From Octopus vulgaris (lineage: Eukaryota), in NCBI GenBank assembly GCA_951406725.2, contig OX597839.1, forward strand, positions 12,338,001 through 12,402,000: a DNA stretch of 64,000 nucleotides, written 5' to 3'. A program made the position numbers and the translations under genes. The notes under the pieces were generated by a model. It saw only the letters and a list, made by a program, of their open reading frames with translations, was not told where the DNA came from and ran no database searches. Below, piece by piece: positions 62,115-64,000 of the stretch. Numbering within the stretch: the stretch's first letter is position 1; every line of letters starts with the position of its first letter.

Positions 62115-63651
62115 CATACACACAAGTGTGTGTGAGTGTGTGCATGTGTGTGTGTTGTGCCTTCTTTCCTTGACATCACGTGATAGTTGTAAATGATTGT
62201 CACTGTCATACAGGTTGTGTCATTCATTTCCAATATCATGTCAGGCCATGGGGAAATATGACCTTGCTTGGAAATAGGTGAGGGTTGACAACAGGCAGGC
62301 AATCTGGCCATAGAAAATCTGCTTCAATAATCTCTGTCCAACCCATGTAAGTATGGAAAAGTGGGCATTAACTGATGATGATGACAAAATCTATTACACC
62401 AAACTTAGGTGTAGGCAAAGCTGTGTGTTCAAGAAGTTTGTTTTGCAACCACATGGTTACAAGTTCAATCCCATTGCATGGGATTGAACTGGGAGAAGAA
62501 ACCAATTTCATCTCTGAAGAACAGTCAACGAACCATGAAATGGTTGATCAGAAGATGCTCTCCCACTTTTGTTCCATACATCAATAGCATAAAATAGTTG
62601 TTTATGTTTATATTTATCCCACAGTGAGGCTTTATATTATTTAAATGTATTTTAGGTTGTCAGATATAGGCCATGTTATGCATAAAATAGATATTGTTCA
62701 AGTAATCGTTTCTATTACAGATACAAGGCTTGAAATATTTTAGGTAGGGGGTGGTGAGGGCCTAGTCAATTCCACTAACCATTGTGTGTGTGCCTATGTC
62801 TACTTGTACAAGTAGGGGAGAAGACTTGTGCATATTTGTAGTCACTACAGGTAAATAACATGCTAACCTGCTGTGACAACAAAGATAAATAATATTTGAA
62901 CAATATAGTTGTTTTTAGAAGGGAACAGTTTAACAGCTTAAGTGTAGTAACTTTATATGAACACATTAACAACTTGACTAAAATTGTTGCTTTCCTATCA
63001 CATGATTCTGGGTTCAGTCCCACTGAATGGCACCATAGGCAAGTGCCTTCTACATTAGCTCCAGGTAACCAAAACCTTATGAGTGGATTTGATAGACAGA
63101 GACCGAAAGAAGCCCATTTCGTGTGTGTGTGTTTTTCCCCACCACCACTTGACAGTCTGTGTTGGTTTGTTTACAACCCATTAGCACCTTAGCAAAAGAG
63201 GTTGATAAAATAAGTACTTGACTAAAAAAAAAGTATTGGGATCAATTTGTTCAGCTAAACCCTTCAAGGTAGTGCACCAGAATGGCTGCAGTTAAATGAG
63301 TGGAGCAAGTAACACACAAGGACAAAAGAGACAGTAATTACAAATGAATAGAATAAAGTTTCAATAATTACAGGTGAACGTGATGAGATTTATGTCAGCA
63401 TTCTTTGGAATATGATGAAAGTGAAATTGAAAACAGTCTTCAGCAACACAATAGTGATATATTTTAATTTTGTTTGGTATTAAATTAAATCCCAATTAGA
63501 AATTATGGTCAGTTTGACATCATACTTGCAGTGTTCTCATCATTGTGTTCTAGCATTAAAATCCTTTCTTCCATAGGCACAAGGCTAGCAATTTCAAATT
63601 TTGACACAAAGTCAGCAAGTATGGAGGAAGCAGGAGGTTTAAGAAGATAAC

Positions 63652-64000
63652 GGATCTTTTCGGTTTGAACAGCAGTTTTTTTTAAATAATTTCCACTTAA
63701 CTAAACACTTTTAAACTTCGTATACTGGTAGAATGTGTTTATAAAACATCTTTTTCTCTTGGTTTTATTGAGAAAATTCTATAGTTTGTAAAATATTTGT
63801 TGTTGTTTTTTTCTTCAATTTCTGCAATTTCAACCAATCAATGACGTCTATTGAGGTGAAAACATTCTGTGCCGTATGAATATGTCCCTCATTTCTGAAG
63901 AAAAAAAGATACCTTTCCCCCCACCCCTAACCCTAACCCTAAAACATTGAAATGCAATAGATCGATACTAGGGTCATAATTATGGGTGACAATTTCATAT
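63652..64000 (+). mobile_element. Copy of the 408-bp Merlin-like MITE, truncated by the window edge
   Basis: GGATCTTTTCGGTTTGAACAGCAG start; internal CCCTAACCCTAACCCTAA. Confidence 0.85.

Noticed and set aside
63526-63549. 24-nt phase-1 micro-exon candidate (EHNDENTA) for the smoothelin-like gene
   Set aside because: AG/GTATG flanks are present, but the pyrimidine tract is weak and abuts SINE tail sequence; no homology support.

Overview
Eukaryotic, repeat-saturated animal DNA. The (AT)n/(ATAC)n microsatellites, tRNA-derived SINEs, Penelope/RTE/CR1 relics and mariner/Merlin relics look like an Octopus-type cephalopod genome (inferred from the repeat landscape, not checked by search). Almost all ORFs in the supplied track are microsatellite or SINE artefacts. 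Supported functional content: (1) two tandem, intact nuclear RNase P RNA genes on the + strand (17990-18327 and 26244-26581, 8254 bp apart), each with a TATA-containing upstream region and a T8 terminator, differing by four structure-compatible substitutions; (2) the last four coding exons and 3' UTR of a minus-strand smoothelin-like calponin-homology gene (exons at 45737-45770, 43959-44055, 40153-40304, 37613-37760), none of which appear in the ORF track; (3) a decayed initiator tRNA-Met. Also present: several Penelope-type hammerhead ribozyme motifs, including two inside a 245-bp near-perfect palindrome; a Merlin transposase relic bracketed by 420-bp inverted repeats; Merlin-like MITEs carrying telomeric repeats; and apparent blocks of CpG decay suggesting mosaic methylation. 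All alignments and folds were done by eye.
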